A stretch of 64,000 nt of DNA from Schmidtea nova (lineage: Eukaryota). Within the stretch, counting starts at the first letter, position 1, and each line of letters starts with the position of its first letter. The stretch spans positions 136,896,001 through 136,960,000 of the forward strand of contig CM097883.1 in assembly GCA_044892505.1 (NCBI GenBank), given 5' to 3'. Under the pieces are notes generated by a model. The model worked only from the letters and a program-made list of their open reading frames with translations, ran no database searches and had not been told where the DNA came from. Below are positions 34,884-47,100 of the stretch, one piece after another. The translations under genes and the position numbers were made by a program.

Positions 34884-37800
34884 CTATACTATCATCACTG
34901 CCTTTTCATCGTGTCGCTCCTCGTCTTCTATTTGCTTCCAAAATTCTTTGCCTTTGGTTCTTCTTTGGAATTCTTTCTTTACTTCTTCTGGTATTTTGAT
35001 TTTACAATTCATAATCTTTATATCTGGCCATTGTCTGGTTGGTTTCCTTTTTATTATGTCCCATAGCCATATTATTGATAATATTATTATTACTGGTACG
35101 CCTACTGCTAGTATTCCTACTCCAATTAATTCTCTTCTTTGCTTGTTAACATTGATTTGGGTGAATTTGCTCTGATTGATCATTGGTCCATATTGTCCTT
35201 TTAATTTGAGTTCCAATTGTTGTTGCTCTTGTTGTTTCCTTTTGACTTCCTGGATTACTTTTTCTGGTTTCCATTGTGCATAAGAATCTATTATTGTTTC
35301 CTCGTTTTCCATTTGTTTCGTTGTTTGATTCAGTTCTCCGAAGGTTAGCTTCTTGATTCTTCCTTTGATTGTTGTATTTGTCGATGTATAGTAGTTTCCA
35401 CATTTTTCTTGCTGGTTTCCAAATTTATCTGCCTTCTCTATTGCGCATATTTCGTATTGTTTGTCCAATTGTAGGTTCTGAATTCTGATCTCCTCTTCTT
35501 TATTCATCTTTTCGCATTGTTGTGGTTGTCTTTCTTCGTATTTCTTGATCATTGTCCAACATATTTCCACTGTTTTGTCATCTAATTTCCAAAGTATAAG
35601 TGTTGCTGAGGTTTTCCTCTCTGGTTCTGTTTGACTTTCGGTAGTGGTATGCTTCGGTTTTTGTTGACTTTTATTCTTTCGTATTGCTTTAATGGTTTTT
35701 ACTCTGTTCGGTGCTTTGTATATTCTGCATTCTAAATCTTCTTTCGTAATTTGATCATTTTCCTTTATTAGGCATATTTCATAAGTTTGATTTCTTTCTA
35801 AGCTTTTTATTTGTACTGCAGTTGTTCCTTTGACTGTTTGACATTGTGATGATTTATGTTTATTCGTTTCTTTCTCGTATTTTCTCCAGCATACTCCGTT
35901 TACGTTTTGTTCTATTCCCGTTATTTCTAACGTTATGGTTAATTTCTGGAAATTCTGGTTGTTTCTTTTCCCCATTTTTCTTGCAAACGTTATTATTTTC
36001 CCTGCTTGGAATGTTTTACAATTGGTTATTCCTTTCTTGTTTCTCTCTTTTTCCAATAAACATAGTTTATGAATTCTGTCTGTTTTTATCTTTATTATCT
36101 TGATTACTTTGTTCGTTTTACCCGCTTCCAGTTTCTGAATTTCTCTTGATTCCTTTAATTCTAATTTTTCATCGTTTCTAAACCAACATTTTTGATTTGT
36201 CATTTGTGTCTCTTCCATGTCTATTAATGTCATTGTATCCGTCTCTATTCCTTCTTCTAATCGCTTCAGTATTGTCATAATAAGTGCTATACATAACAAC
36301 TTGGAATTATAGATTACTCTTGTGGTTTGTTTCGTTCGTCTTTTTAGTTCTGGTTTATCCGTTGTATTTCTTATACTTGGTGTCGTTATCTTGGTTCTTG
36401 GTGGTTGTAAGGCTTTTCTTGATGCTGGTGCTCTTGTTATTTTAAAATAAATTGGTCCTGGAAGGTCTATTCCATTGGTGAACTCGTATCGAACTTTGGG
36501 TGTCTTGTATACTTGGCATGTAACTGTTTTGTGTGATTTTACGTCTTTGGGTTTTCTGATTGTACATATTCTGTACCATGTTTCCATATCCATTTCGTCG
36601 ATTATTATGGTCTTTCGCTCGGGGTTTGGGATTATACATCGTAATAGGTTGTTATCTCCGAGAATTTCATTCTCTTTTACCCAACATACTTGTTCAATGT
36701 ATTTTGAATTCATTATTTGTGTTGATGCTTTTTGTATTGGTACTTCCATTTCCACTGATATCTCTTGTTCCGTTGCTTCACATTGTCCCATAAGTGTTAT
36801 GATTATTGCAAACATTAATACTTCTGGTCTGAATAATGGATTCCTTCTGTAACTTGTTCCTTTCTTTCCATGATTGCTTTTAGGGTTGTCTTCTCTTTGT
36901 TCTTTGGATTCGTGGTTCTTTGTATTTCTCTCTTGATTCTCATCTTCTTTGTTGGTTTGTTCGTGGTTATCTGGGTTTCCGTGATTATTTTCATCATCAT
37001 CGTCTTTATTTCTCTCGTCGTCCTTGCTTTCTTCATCGTCATCCTCATTGTTAGTATTATTATCTCCCCCTGGCTCGTTAAAAATGTCGTCCTCGACATT
37101 ACTTGTTTCTATTAGTTTTGCATAATATAGTGATGTCAAGTTACTTGCTTCGAATTCTTGGAATTCTATATCTTCGGGTATCTTTTTGTTGTCTAACTGA
37201 TACTGTATAATTTCTTTCTTGGCTTTTATCCAACTTTGGAGGTGTGTTCTCATCAGTTCTTTCCATTTGACTACCTTTTCCGTTTCTTTAGGCTTGTTTG
37301 TAAATCTCAGATCTTCTCTTCTCATGAAAATTTCTACAATTTCGGGCCATATATAAGTTATGAGTGCGCTTTTGATACACCAATTTCGATTATTCTCCAT
37401 AAACTTGTTGACTTTAAATGCTGGTTTATTTGTATTTGGTATTTTCCAGTTTAATACTTCTTCTGTCAATTTGATGTTTTGCATCATTGTCAATACGCTT
37501 GGTCCTTTTACGGTTTCTGTTAAATAATCTATTTCTTCCTGGTTTGTTATCGTTTTAATGAAATTCAACATTTCCCAGTTTGGACCTAATAATGTCACGT
37601 CTAATATTGAGTTGTCTTTGCTAGTTTTTCCGATTAATCCTGCGCCTGCTTTATATAACTCTTCTAATACTTTGATTTTTGTTTTTGCTCTTGCTGCGTA
37701 TACCATAAGGGTGTCTCCTTTTTCGTCTATCATATTCATATCACATCCACATTGATGCATTAATTTTGCGATTTCGATTACTTTGCTGTCTTTTCCTGCT

Positions 37801-38147
37801 CTCAATGCTCTATGAATCGGCATTATTCTTTCTTTTGTTAATAAAAACGCAACTGGCATTTCTCTTTTTATAGTTATTATATCATCTCCATTATATATTC
37901 CTTTCGCGTACGCGTGTACCTTTTCTACTATCGCGCCAAGTATTTCTAAGGCGTATTTAGTATTTTTGAATTCTGGTAATAGTTCCTTTGCTTTTTTGTG
38001 TATTGCATCTAATCTTTCTTGGTAATCTATCTTCGCGTTGAACAATGGTGTGAGTATCCTTTTACTTTCTTCTTCTTTCTGATTTATTGCTTGATTAAAT
38101 TTTTGTAGCTTGTGTCTTTGCGTATTTGTTTTTGACACCATACCCAA
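34884..38147 (-). CDS. ORF2 (~1085 aa): ankyrin repeats, acidic linker, signal-like segment, four Cys-containing FN3-like repeats, C-terminal TM
   Basis: DMNMIDEKGDTLMVYAA ankyrin; VLMFAIIITLMGQCEA signal-like segment; repeated CW..C..I.I..L...Y.IC..C..Y modules; LIGVGILAVGVPVIIILSIIWLW TM. In the -1 frame, overlapping the ORF1 end. Confidence 0.8.
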   Translation of the reverse strand: MGMVSKTNTQRHKLQKFNQAINQKEEESKRILTPLFNAKIDYQERLDAIHKKAKELLPEFKNTKYALEILGAIVEKVHAYAKGIYNGDDIITIKREMPVAFLLTKERIMPIHRALRAGKDSKVIEIAKLMHQCGCDMNMIDEKGDTLMVYAARAKTKIKVLEELYKAGAGLIGKTSKDNSILDVTLLGPNWEMLNFIKTITNQEEIDYLTETVKGPSVLTMMQNIKLTEEVLNWKIPNTNKPAFKVNKFMENNRNWCIKSALITYIWPEIVEIFMRREDLRFTNKPKETEKVVKWKELMRTHLQSWIKAKKEIIQYQLDNKKIPEDIEFQEFEASNLTSLYYAKLIETSNVEDDIFNEPGGDNNTNNEDDDEESKDDERNKDDDDENNHGNPDNHEQTNKEDENQERNTKNHESKEQREDNPKSNHGKKGTSYRRNPLFRPEVLMFAIIITLMGQCEATEQEISVEMEVPIQKASTQIMNSKYIEQVCWVKENEILGDNNLLRCIIPNPERKTIIIDEMDMETWYRICTIRKPKDVKSHKTVTCQVYKTPKVRYEFTNGIDLPGPIYFKITRAPASRKALQPPRTKITTPSIRNTTDKPELKRRTKQTTRVIYNSKLLCIALIMTILKRLEEGIETDTMTLIDMEETQMTNQKCWFRNDEKLELKESREIQKLEAGKTNKVIKIIKIKTDRIHKLCLLEKERNKKGITNCKTFQAGKIITFARKMGKRNNQNFQKLTITLEITGIEQNVNGVCWRKYEKETNKHKSSQCQTVKGTTAVQIKSLERNQTYEICLIKENDQITKEDLECRIYKAPNRVKTIKAIRKNKSQQKPKHTTTESQTEPERKTSATLILWKLDDKTVEICWTMIKKYEERQPQQCEKMNKEEEIRIQNLQLDKQYEICAIEKADKFGNQQEKCGNYYTSTNTTIKGRIKKLTFGELNQTTKQMENEETIIDSYAQWKPEKVIQEVKRKQQEQQQLELKLKGQYGPMINQSKFTQINVNKQRRELIGVGILAVGVPVIIILSIIWLWDIIKRKPTRQWPDIKIMNCKIKIPEEVKKEFQRRTKGKEFWKQIEDEERHDEKAVMIV

Positions 38148-41100
38148 ATTTTTCTGAATAACGCTTCCTTTTCGACTTCTAGTTTGTATTCTTTTTCGTT
38201 CTTACTAATATTTATTTTTCCTCTATTCATTAGTGCTAACATCGTTCTCTGATCGCACGGAATCTCTAATAAGTATCTCAATAGTGCATTCTGTCCTTCG
38301 CTAAATTCTTTGTTTATATCTAATACCCATGTTTTATTATTCGGCCATTTCCATTGTATTAGTTTCCATATTGTTTTAGTGTTTCCTTTCCGAATCGCTT
38401 CCTTCATAATTTCTCCTTTGATTAGTTCATCGATTTCCCATGTGAGGTTGGTTGTTATATGTTTTAGTATCATTTGATTTTCACTCATTATTGCATGGTT
38501 TAAAACTGTGTTTCCTCTTCTATCCCGAGCTGTCCAGTTGAATTCTGCGTTTATCAATATATCTACTATTTCTTTATCTGCTAATTTTAGTGTTGCTGTC
38601 ATCATTGGCGTTTCTAATTCTCGATTTACAATGTCTAGATTTTGATTCGTTTCTTTTGCTATTTTCAAAAATTCTTTTACTTTTTCCGTTTTACCCCAAC
38701 TTATGGCATTGTGTAGTGCAGTTGCACCTCCTGTATCTTGTAATACGAGTATCTCTGGTATTTTCTTTAGTAATTCTATTATAACTGGTTTGGTTGGGCA
38801 TCCTCGTGCGTAATCACTGATTATTTGTCGTATATCCCATAAAACGTCTTTTTCTCGTCTGATTTCCCATCTTTCGTTTATTTCTTTGGCTTTTCGTACG
38901 ATTTCTTTGTCAACATCGATTTTCTCACTGTCTACTTGACTAGTTGTGTTAATTTCTTCCGCTCTGAGCATATTTATTCTGATGGTTTGTGATCTCGTCA
39001 TGGATTTCTCTTCCGGTATCATTATTTGTTTCGAGTTTATTACTTTTGCTTCCATGGCACATATTTTCCCTGTTCTGTCCTTTAATCTCATTGTTCCAAG
39101 ATCGATGATTATTTCTTTAAATAGTGTTGGCATTAAATCTGTTCCGATTATACATGGTACGCTTAAAGCTGGTATTACTGCTACATACGTTTCGATTTCT
39201 ATATTTTGGTGTCGTATTTTTACCCACCATCTTCCTGCAACTTCAACTATCTCTTTGCTACATGCTTTTACATGAACATTTGTTCTTTCAATCTCTTGTC
39301 TCTGTTCTTGCGGTATCCATTTGATATCTATCGCTGAAATGTTTGCTCCTGTATCTATCATCGCTTCTATTTCTTTTCCATTTATTTCTATGGTTGTAGT
39401 TAATACTGGTCCTGTATTCGATGACATGACTGCAATTGTGAGTGAATCTTCTTGCGGATCCATACTTCTACATCGTCTTAGTTTATAATCTTCTGGTATA
39501 ATTGGATATAAAGTTGTCATTGGCATCATTTGCATTGCTCTGTGTCCTGATACCTGTAATGGTTCTTGGTACATTGTTGGTGGAGGTGCGTGACATTTCC
39601 ATGCTTCTGCTGGATTCTTGTCGTTATATTGTGGTGCTTGGTTTCTGTACCTTTGTCCTCCTTCACAGTCGTCATTATTATCATCGTCATCGCTGGAATC
39701 ATCTTGGGTTTTATCTCCTCTTATTCTTTCCAATAATCCTTTTCTTTCTCTTTTTAATTGTAATCTCGCTTGTTCATCTGTCATTATCTTTTTGAATTTT
39801 CTTCCCACGTCTTCGTCTGTTCCTTTCATTTTTGCCAGTATTTTTAATAATCTTTTTATTCTATGAATATCTTTGGAGTGACCATGTAACACCATCGTTT
39901 TTGCTAAAAATGGTAAAAATCCTGCTATTAATTTCCAATTAACTTTCTTTTCTCTTTTGTAAATATCAAAACATGCTAGCATTTGTGTGATTATCACTCG
40001 TATTATTTGTATGATCAAAATTACACCTAATATTCCGGCCATCATTTGTCCGAAAATTAAAAATCGTCCCCACATTGCTCTCATCATATTTTCTGTCGCT
40101 TTCCTAAAGTGTGCTGGTGACAATAATAATTCATAATTTGGTCCTCCTTGATAACTTGTTCCTCCTGTTATCGTTACAATGCTAGATAATACCGCTTCTC
40201 TTCTAGCTGGAAATAATATATTTTGTCGTGCTGCTTCGAGATCTTTTGCACTGTAAATTCCTCCGTTATTTACATCTATATTGGAAAATTTTCGTCCTTT
40301 TGAAAGTTGCATCAATTCAAATTCTCTAGGTGGTTGTACTTCTGATCTTGACGGAAACATGACCCAATTTCCGTCTGGTTTCTGATATAATGGTCCATAT
40401 GCATTACTGCAATTGAAAGGGTTTGGTTCAAAACTGACTGGATTAATGATCCTTGTCACTGGTTGCACATATCTTATTTTCCCTTTATATTCAATTTCTA
40501 ATTCGTTGGTACATTGTCCTTGTCGTAGTCTGGTCGTTGATGCTATGCTTGCTTGTGTCTTTCGGCATATATATACATACATAACTTCTCCAACTACTCT
40601 TCCAAAATGACCTTCGTTAAGTGGTAGTAATGGCATCGCACTATCCGGGTTTGTAATTGCTACTGCTAATTTCGTCTTTAATATTTCTCTGTTCAATATA
40701 CAATCGTTGTTAATGAGATCGTAGTATATTTTCTCCATTGATGCTTGACCTTTATGAAATAAAAAATCCAATTTGTTATTTAAATATACTTGTAATTTGA
40801 TGTCTGTAGTATCTATCTTGGGTTTTGCATTTGGTGCTGCTTGTCTTGATACATAAATACCTGGATAATTTGTTTCTAACATAGAAACACCACATTTTAA
40901 TGTGGGTTTTCCTTTTACAAACCTCATTCCTATATTTGCGTTTGATGTAACCAATACTGTTGGCGTATCTCTCATCCTCACCTCTTTTTCTTGTACTTTA
41001 GCGGTGAACGGTTTCTCTCCTTTTACTGTCTCCTGTAGACGTTTTCCTCTTGCTACTTCATCATCTTCTTCTTCCTGAAAGATTTTTCCTTGTACTTCGT

Positions 41101-44100
41101 CGAACTCTGCTTCATTTAATAATTGTAATTGGCATTCATTCGCTTTTGCTCTGTATGTTAAGGTCGACATACCGGTTTGACAGGTACTGGCTTCAATTTT
41201 ACACATTGATAACGTCTTCATTTCTCCTGTTGCTGGGTCAAAATATGCTTCATATGCTTTTAATTCTACCGTATACGTGTCTATTACTACCATGTTAGTT
41301 GCTGGTACTCCAAATATCGGATATGTTGCTCCTTGACAGTAACCTTCTCCTCCTGTGATAGCTCCTGCTACATAATAAGTTTGTTGTAGTATTACTCCAA
41401 CTTTTCCTTTTATCTTTATTCGATCTCTTGTTTCGACTTCTCCATGTCTAAACAATTTATTGCAATCTTCTCCTTGTAACATTATCGCTTCTCTTTCCGT
41501 TCCTGGCATTACGATTGCAGAGTAGTGGCGATGTCCACAATAAAAAGCGAATCTTGTTTTATATATTTTACACTCGTTAACTGTTGTCTTTATTAATTCG
41601 GCTTCCTGATATACGTGATATATTTGTTTACTATGTAATACTTTTAATTCTGTTGGAGTTGCATCTTTGCATTGTTCGGTTCCTCTTAATGAATATTTTT
41701 CTCCTAATGCCATCTGGTCGCAATCAAATACTTCGAACGTTGTTGCTCCTTCAACGCTAATTAGCCATATTAATATCATCATTATGATTGAATTCAGGTT
41801 TAGTGAAGATTTTCCACTTCCTGTTCCTGACTTTTCTTTTTCTAATTCCCCTAAAATTTCTTCAAATTTCTTTTTCATATTCTTTGCTTGACCGTTTCTT
41901 TGATTCGTTTTAGCAAATGTTTCCCATCCTCCTTTACTGATGACGTATGGCTCTATTTCTCTTGTTATGATACTTGCTGTATTTTTGATATGCTTCTCTA
42001 TTGCCGTAGATTTTGGATTACCTCTACTCAATGTTAATAAGTTATAAATTGTATACGCAATTGCTATCACATATTTATTATCATTTTCTGCATCTTCAGT
42101 TAACCTCTTTATCAACGTTGTGGTCCCTTGCCAATCTAAATGGCTTGATTTTGTCTTTTCTTTTATTAGTTCGGGTAAGATTGGTGCGATTGCGCTATGT
42201 AATGCTTTAGCCTTGTCGCTTATTTCGTTTATTCTCCACCATTTTTTCAATTCTGGATCAATTATCGCCAGTATTTCCATTAATGCTTTTGATATCCATC
42301 CTTCGCCTTGACATTTTTGCGTTGTTTCTTTGTCTTTGGCTTCTGCTATTTTGTTAAGTTTCTTTAAACATATTTCCCATTTCTCTTGTCTCCTTTCCTC
42401 TTTGGTTTTGTTGATTGTGTTTGCTGGACCTGTCTTTGGTCTACCTCTAGATCGTTTATCCATTGTTGTACCTGTTTCAATCAATCTGGTTTCTCGTCCG
42501 GTTTCTTCTGTAATATCTCTTGGTTCGTTATTTCTCTGTTCCCACCATTTTTCCATTTCTTGTGTTAATCGTTCGTTTTCTGTATTTGCTCCTCTTGCTT
42601 CTTCTTCAGAGATTTCGTTCACTTCTTCTATCTCTATTTCTTGCTCAACTTCATTTTGGGTATTGATTGCTTGTGATGTTGTGGGTAACTCTTGTACTCT
42701 TTCGAAAATATTATTGCCTTTTTCTTTTGTCAAATTAGTTAATTCTTCTAGCATATCATCGCTGTCTGTTAAGATCTCTTCTACTCCGTATGGTTGTGGT
42801 AGTGTTCTTTCTTGAACTTTAATTGATGTTGTTTCGTATTGTCCTGCGCTTGTTCCTGGCTTTATCTGCATCGTCTTTCTTGGTTTCTGAGTGTCTTCAC
42901 TTTCTTTTACTCTTTTCTCTTTAAGTGTTAATGGTTGACCTGCTATTGCGTCTACTGTTAACGTATTTGCCAGTTCTAACTGTGCTGGCGTTATCCAAAT
43001 TTCCATATCGTTTTCTAATGATCGTCCTTGATGTTGTAGATGAAATGGTGGTTCATATTTTAATCTCTTTTTAACATCCCGAATCTTTTCAGTTAATCTT
43101 ACCCAAAGCTCTTCTTTTTCTCGATCTGGATATATTATCCTTAAATGTATTTTCTGCGGTGGTTCTTGGGAGTTTTCCTGGTTTCTCCATTTCTTGATTA
43201 CATTGCCTAATTGTTCTGGGCACCACTCGTTAACTCGTTTATATTCTGCTACTGCCTTGGCTACTTTTCTTAAACTGATTATATCTTCGCCGCCTGCTAC
43301 GAAAAATTCGGCTAATCCTTTGATCGTTCGCCTTTTTCCTTGTACATTCCCTTTTAGTAATTCTATAAGTTCGTCAGCTTTTCGTCTTTGTGTTTCTAAC
43401 CATATTGCTGCGGTTTCTGGTCCATCTAAATCTGTTGGCATGACTTTTCTTGTCACCATACAAACTCTTCTGATTTCTGGTTCATATTTATCTTCCATTT
43501 CTGGTCTAAATTCCTCTTCATATATACCTCCTTTTGCTTTCCAGCATTTCTCTTTAACATCCCAGTGTTTCTCTACTGGTGTTAATCGGCGTTCGTTGAA
43601 GTTTAATTCTCCTAATACATTTTCCCATTCTGGCTGTATCTGCCATCTTCGATAAATTTCAATTATTTGTCTTAGTTTGTGCATCTCTTCTCTTCGACGT
43701 TCTTGTCTCCTTTTTTCGTCTTTTGGTGTTTCTCTTGGTGTATCATCCATTCTGATGACATGAATTGTTTGGTAATTATCCCATATACCGATTTTATATA
43801 ATCGTCTCTCATCATGATCTCCTAGTACGTGTTCATTATATTTTATGATGATATCATCTTCTAATTCGTCTTCTTTTTCCCGTTGTAGTAAAGTTTCATT
43901 GATAACATCAACTAATTCTTCTACTGTGCAATCCGCGATTACTTCAATTTCTTTTGTGTCCTCGTTTGGTAATTTCACTTTGATTTTTAAATCTCCTATT
44001 TCTCCTCGTTTAAACATTGCTTTTCCCATTTTCGCGATCACTTTCCAAGTCTTGTACGGCGAATATCTCGTATGGCTGGTATCTCGTATATTTTCGATGC

Positions 44101-47100
44101 ATTGTTTTAATTTCTCATATTCAGCTTTCGTTAATTCTTCTCTATTCTTGTCGATTTGTTGAATAATTTGTTCTATTAGGGAATTTAAATTTTCTCTAAG
44201 AATTCTTTCTTTCCTTTCTGTTAACTGTGGTTTAATTCTCATCTCAAAACACATATTTGCTTCCTTTGCTATTTCTTGTAGATTCTCCTCTTTCTTATTG
44301 TCACATATTGATAATGTTGTTATCTCTCCTGGCCATATGCCTGTTTCTACCAAATGCGTTGCTCGTCTTACAAGTTCGTTTCCTGAATATATAAATTTGT
44401 TTTTATACGAACTTCCCAATCTGTCTTCTACCCATCGATAAATTTCGTTCATGCATGGAGATTTGATCCAAATTCTTGGTAAACATTCGTTTATTTCTAT
44501 TAAAATTATGTATTCGTGGAGTGGTTCTTCTAATAGTTTGACGACGTATCCTGATAATATCTCTACTTCACGACTTTGTAATCGTTCTTTATAGTTCATT
44601 CGGAATACTGCTCTTATAAATTTTCGATATCGCTTCTTATCAATAAATTCCTCGTTATAAATCACTTCTAACGCATTATCTAATAGTTTCCGAATTTCAT
44701 CTTCTTTTATTTGTATATTTTCTGGCGTCTTCGCTACTTCTATCTTGTTGTCTTCATTTTCTGGTTCTTTTAGCATATCTCCTGCTAAACTTCTGACATC
44801 ACTGTCACTTTCTACATCTGAAAATTCTCTAGTTAAGTTTCTTAACATATTTATGTGTGCTGTCTGTTCTACTTTATCTGGTACATTCTTTGGTGATATT
44901 TCTTCCTTTTTGTCATTGGTTCCTGATTCTTCTATTTGGCCTCTTCGTTTCTCTATTTCCATTGCTTTTCTCTGTTTGATTCTCTCTTCAAATATCTTCA
45001 ATGCTCTACTTTTGACTTTTGTTACTGGATTTGATTTCTCTTCATCGTTATTTTCTTCTATTTCCTGGATAACTGTGACTTTCATTTTATTCATTGGTAC
45101 TCCTAAATCTTTCCATATGTCGGTTGGTTTCAATTTTATTGCTGCTTCGTCTTCTGTCTGTAAAATTGCTTCTCGGGGTAGTTTCGTCATTCCCGGAATC
45201 GTCTTGTTTACTTTATTAATTAATACTCCTACTTCCTCTTTTTCATCATATTCAAATCGAAATACATGATCGTTTGGCATGACTACCAACATCCTTTTTT
45301 GTTCAATAACTTCTTCGTTTTCTTGTACTATTTCTTTTTGGTTTTCTTCATCCTCCGGATTTGGGTTTATCCGGTTTGTTTCTGGTTCAATATCTTCTTT
45401 GTTATCTCTTGTTTGATTCGTTGCTCTCATCATATTAATTCTCAATGGTTGTCGTTCTCTTTCTTGTCGTTTCTGTTCGTCTTCTCTTTGTATTCTTGCC
45501 CATTCTTGAGCATGTCGTGCTTGACTTTCTCGATTTAGTCGTTCATTTTCACTTTCTACTTTTCTCATCATATTCATTTGTTGTTGATTCGTTTGTTGAT
45601 TTCCTCTCGGTGTATTGTTTATTAACTCTGTTAATCTTTGAACTTCTTGTAATAAATGTATCTCCTTGGTGGTACTTTTGTTTTGATTATAACTACTCTG
45701 TTGATTTCCATAATTCTGACGGTTTCCGTTATTCTGTTGATTCACATAATTTTGTCGATTTCCGTTGTTCGACCAATTCCTTTGTTGGTTGTTTTGTTGT
45801 TGGCAGTTCCTTGCCGTATGACCTGGTTGTCCACAGTTAAAACATGATCTTTGATAACATCTATTTTCCGAATGTCCTTTCCTTCCACACGTTTTACAAT
45901 TTAAGTTCACGAAACATTCTTGTTGCCAATGTCCTAACTTTCCACAGGTTTGACATTGCTTTGTCTGTCCTTGCGTATTGTAATGATTTTGGTTTCCGAA
46001 ATTTTGTACTTTGTTTCCTTCATTTCTCCTTTGAGGTGGTGGTCGATTTAATTGCTGTGAATTCGGAATATGGTTATTTATCTTTATTGCTTGTTCGTTT
46101 TGTGTCGTATCCATTGCTAGGTAAATTCTTCCTTCGCTTCCGATCATATGTAATTCGAATCTGTTGGCGACTTCCAACGCTTCATCTATTGTCTTACAAC
46201 CTTGGCATCCAACTTGTGCTCTTATATCGGGTCTTCTCAATCCCCCCACAAAAATTGCTGCCATTAATTCTGGACTCATTGGACTATTTTGATTGAATGC
46301 TAGTTTAGCCAATTTCTTTAATTCACTTGCATATACTGCATTTGATTCATTAACTTTTTGTTTCCTCATTGAAAATTCGGTAAACGCTTCATTTAATACT
46401 TTATTTATTCCAAACGTTTGCTGGAAAAAATTCTTTATCTTTTCCCAACTATCGAGTTGATCATCTGAATTTTTAGCTTCTAAATATAAATCTAACGCAC
46501 TGTCTTTTAAATATAGCTGAATTCTGCTCCTTATCGTTTCTGGATTCCATTTACATACTTCTACAAATATACCAAATTCTTTTAAAAACGTTTCTAACTT
46601 GCTGGCATCTCCATTGAATGGTTCTCCAGTAAATTTATCTTTGATTTCTTCTTTATGTTCGTTCATTTCTATTCCACTGTCTTGTGTCGTTTTACTCTCG
46701 TTTCCTCTTGTTTCACTAGTATGCTCGTTATTCGTTTCGTTTGAATTGTTATCAATTTCTGCTTCTTCTACTTCTGTATTTATTGACTCGTTATCTGATG
46801 CTTCTGTATTATTATAATTATCGTAGGTTTCACTTGAACTTTCTTCTGTTTCACTTTCGTTAGTTTTTGTTAATTTACTGTTTTCGATTTTTGACTTTTC
46901 TACTATTACTCTTCTTGATTTACTTCCTTTAGGATTTGTTTTCTTTGTAACACTGGTTGCTCTTTGTTTCGATTTACTTCTCTGTGAATTATCAACTTTT
47001 TGAGTTGTAGCACTAACTGCTCTTGATCTCAATTTATTTCTCTGTGAATTATTAACTTCTTGGTTTTTAACTGTTCTTGATCTCGGTTTACTTTTCTTTG

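Noticed and set aside
42950-45310. Ubiquitin-like modules as deubiquitinase cleavage signals
   Set aside because: None ends in a C-terminal di-glycine.
33023-46817. Many plus-strand ORFs of 60-175 aa opposite ORF1, ORF2 and TRAF
   Set aside because: Ser/Phe/Leu-rich antisense shadows of A-rich minus-strand coding sequence, with no motifs.
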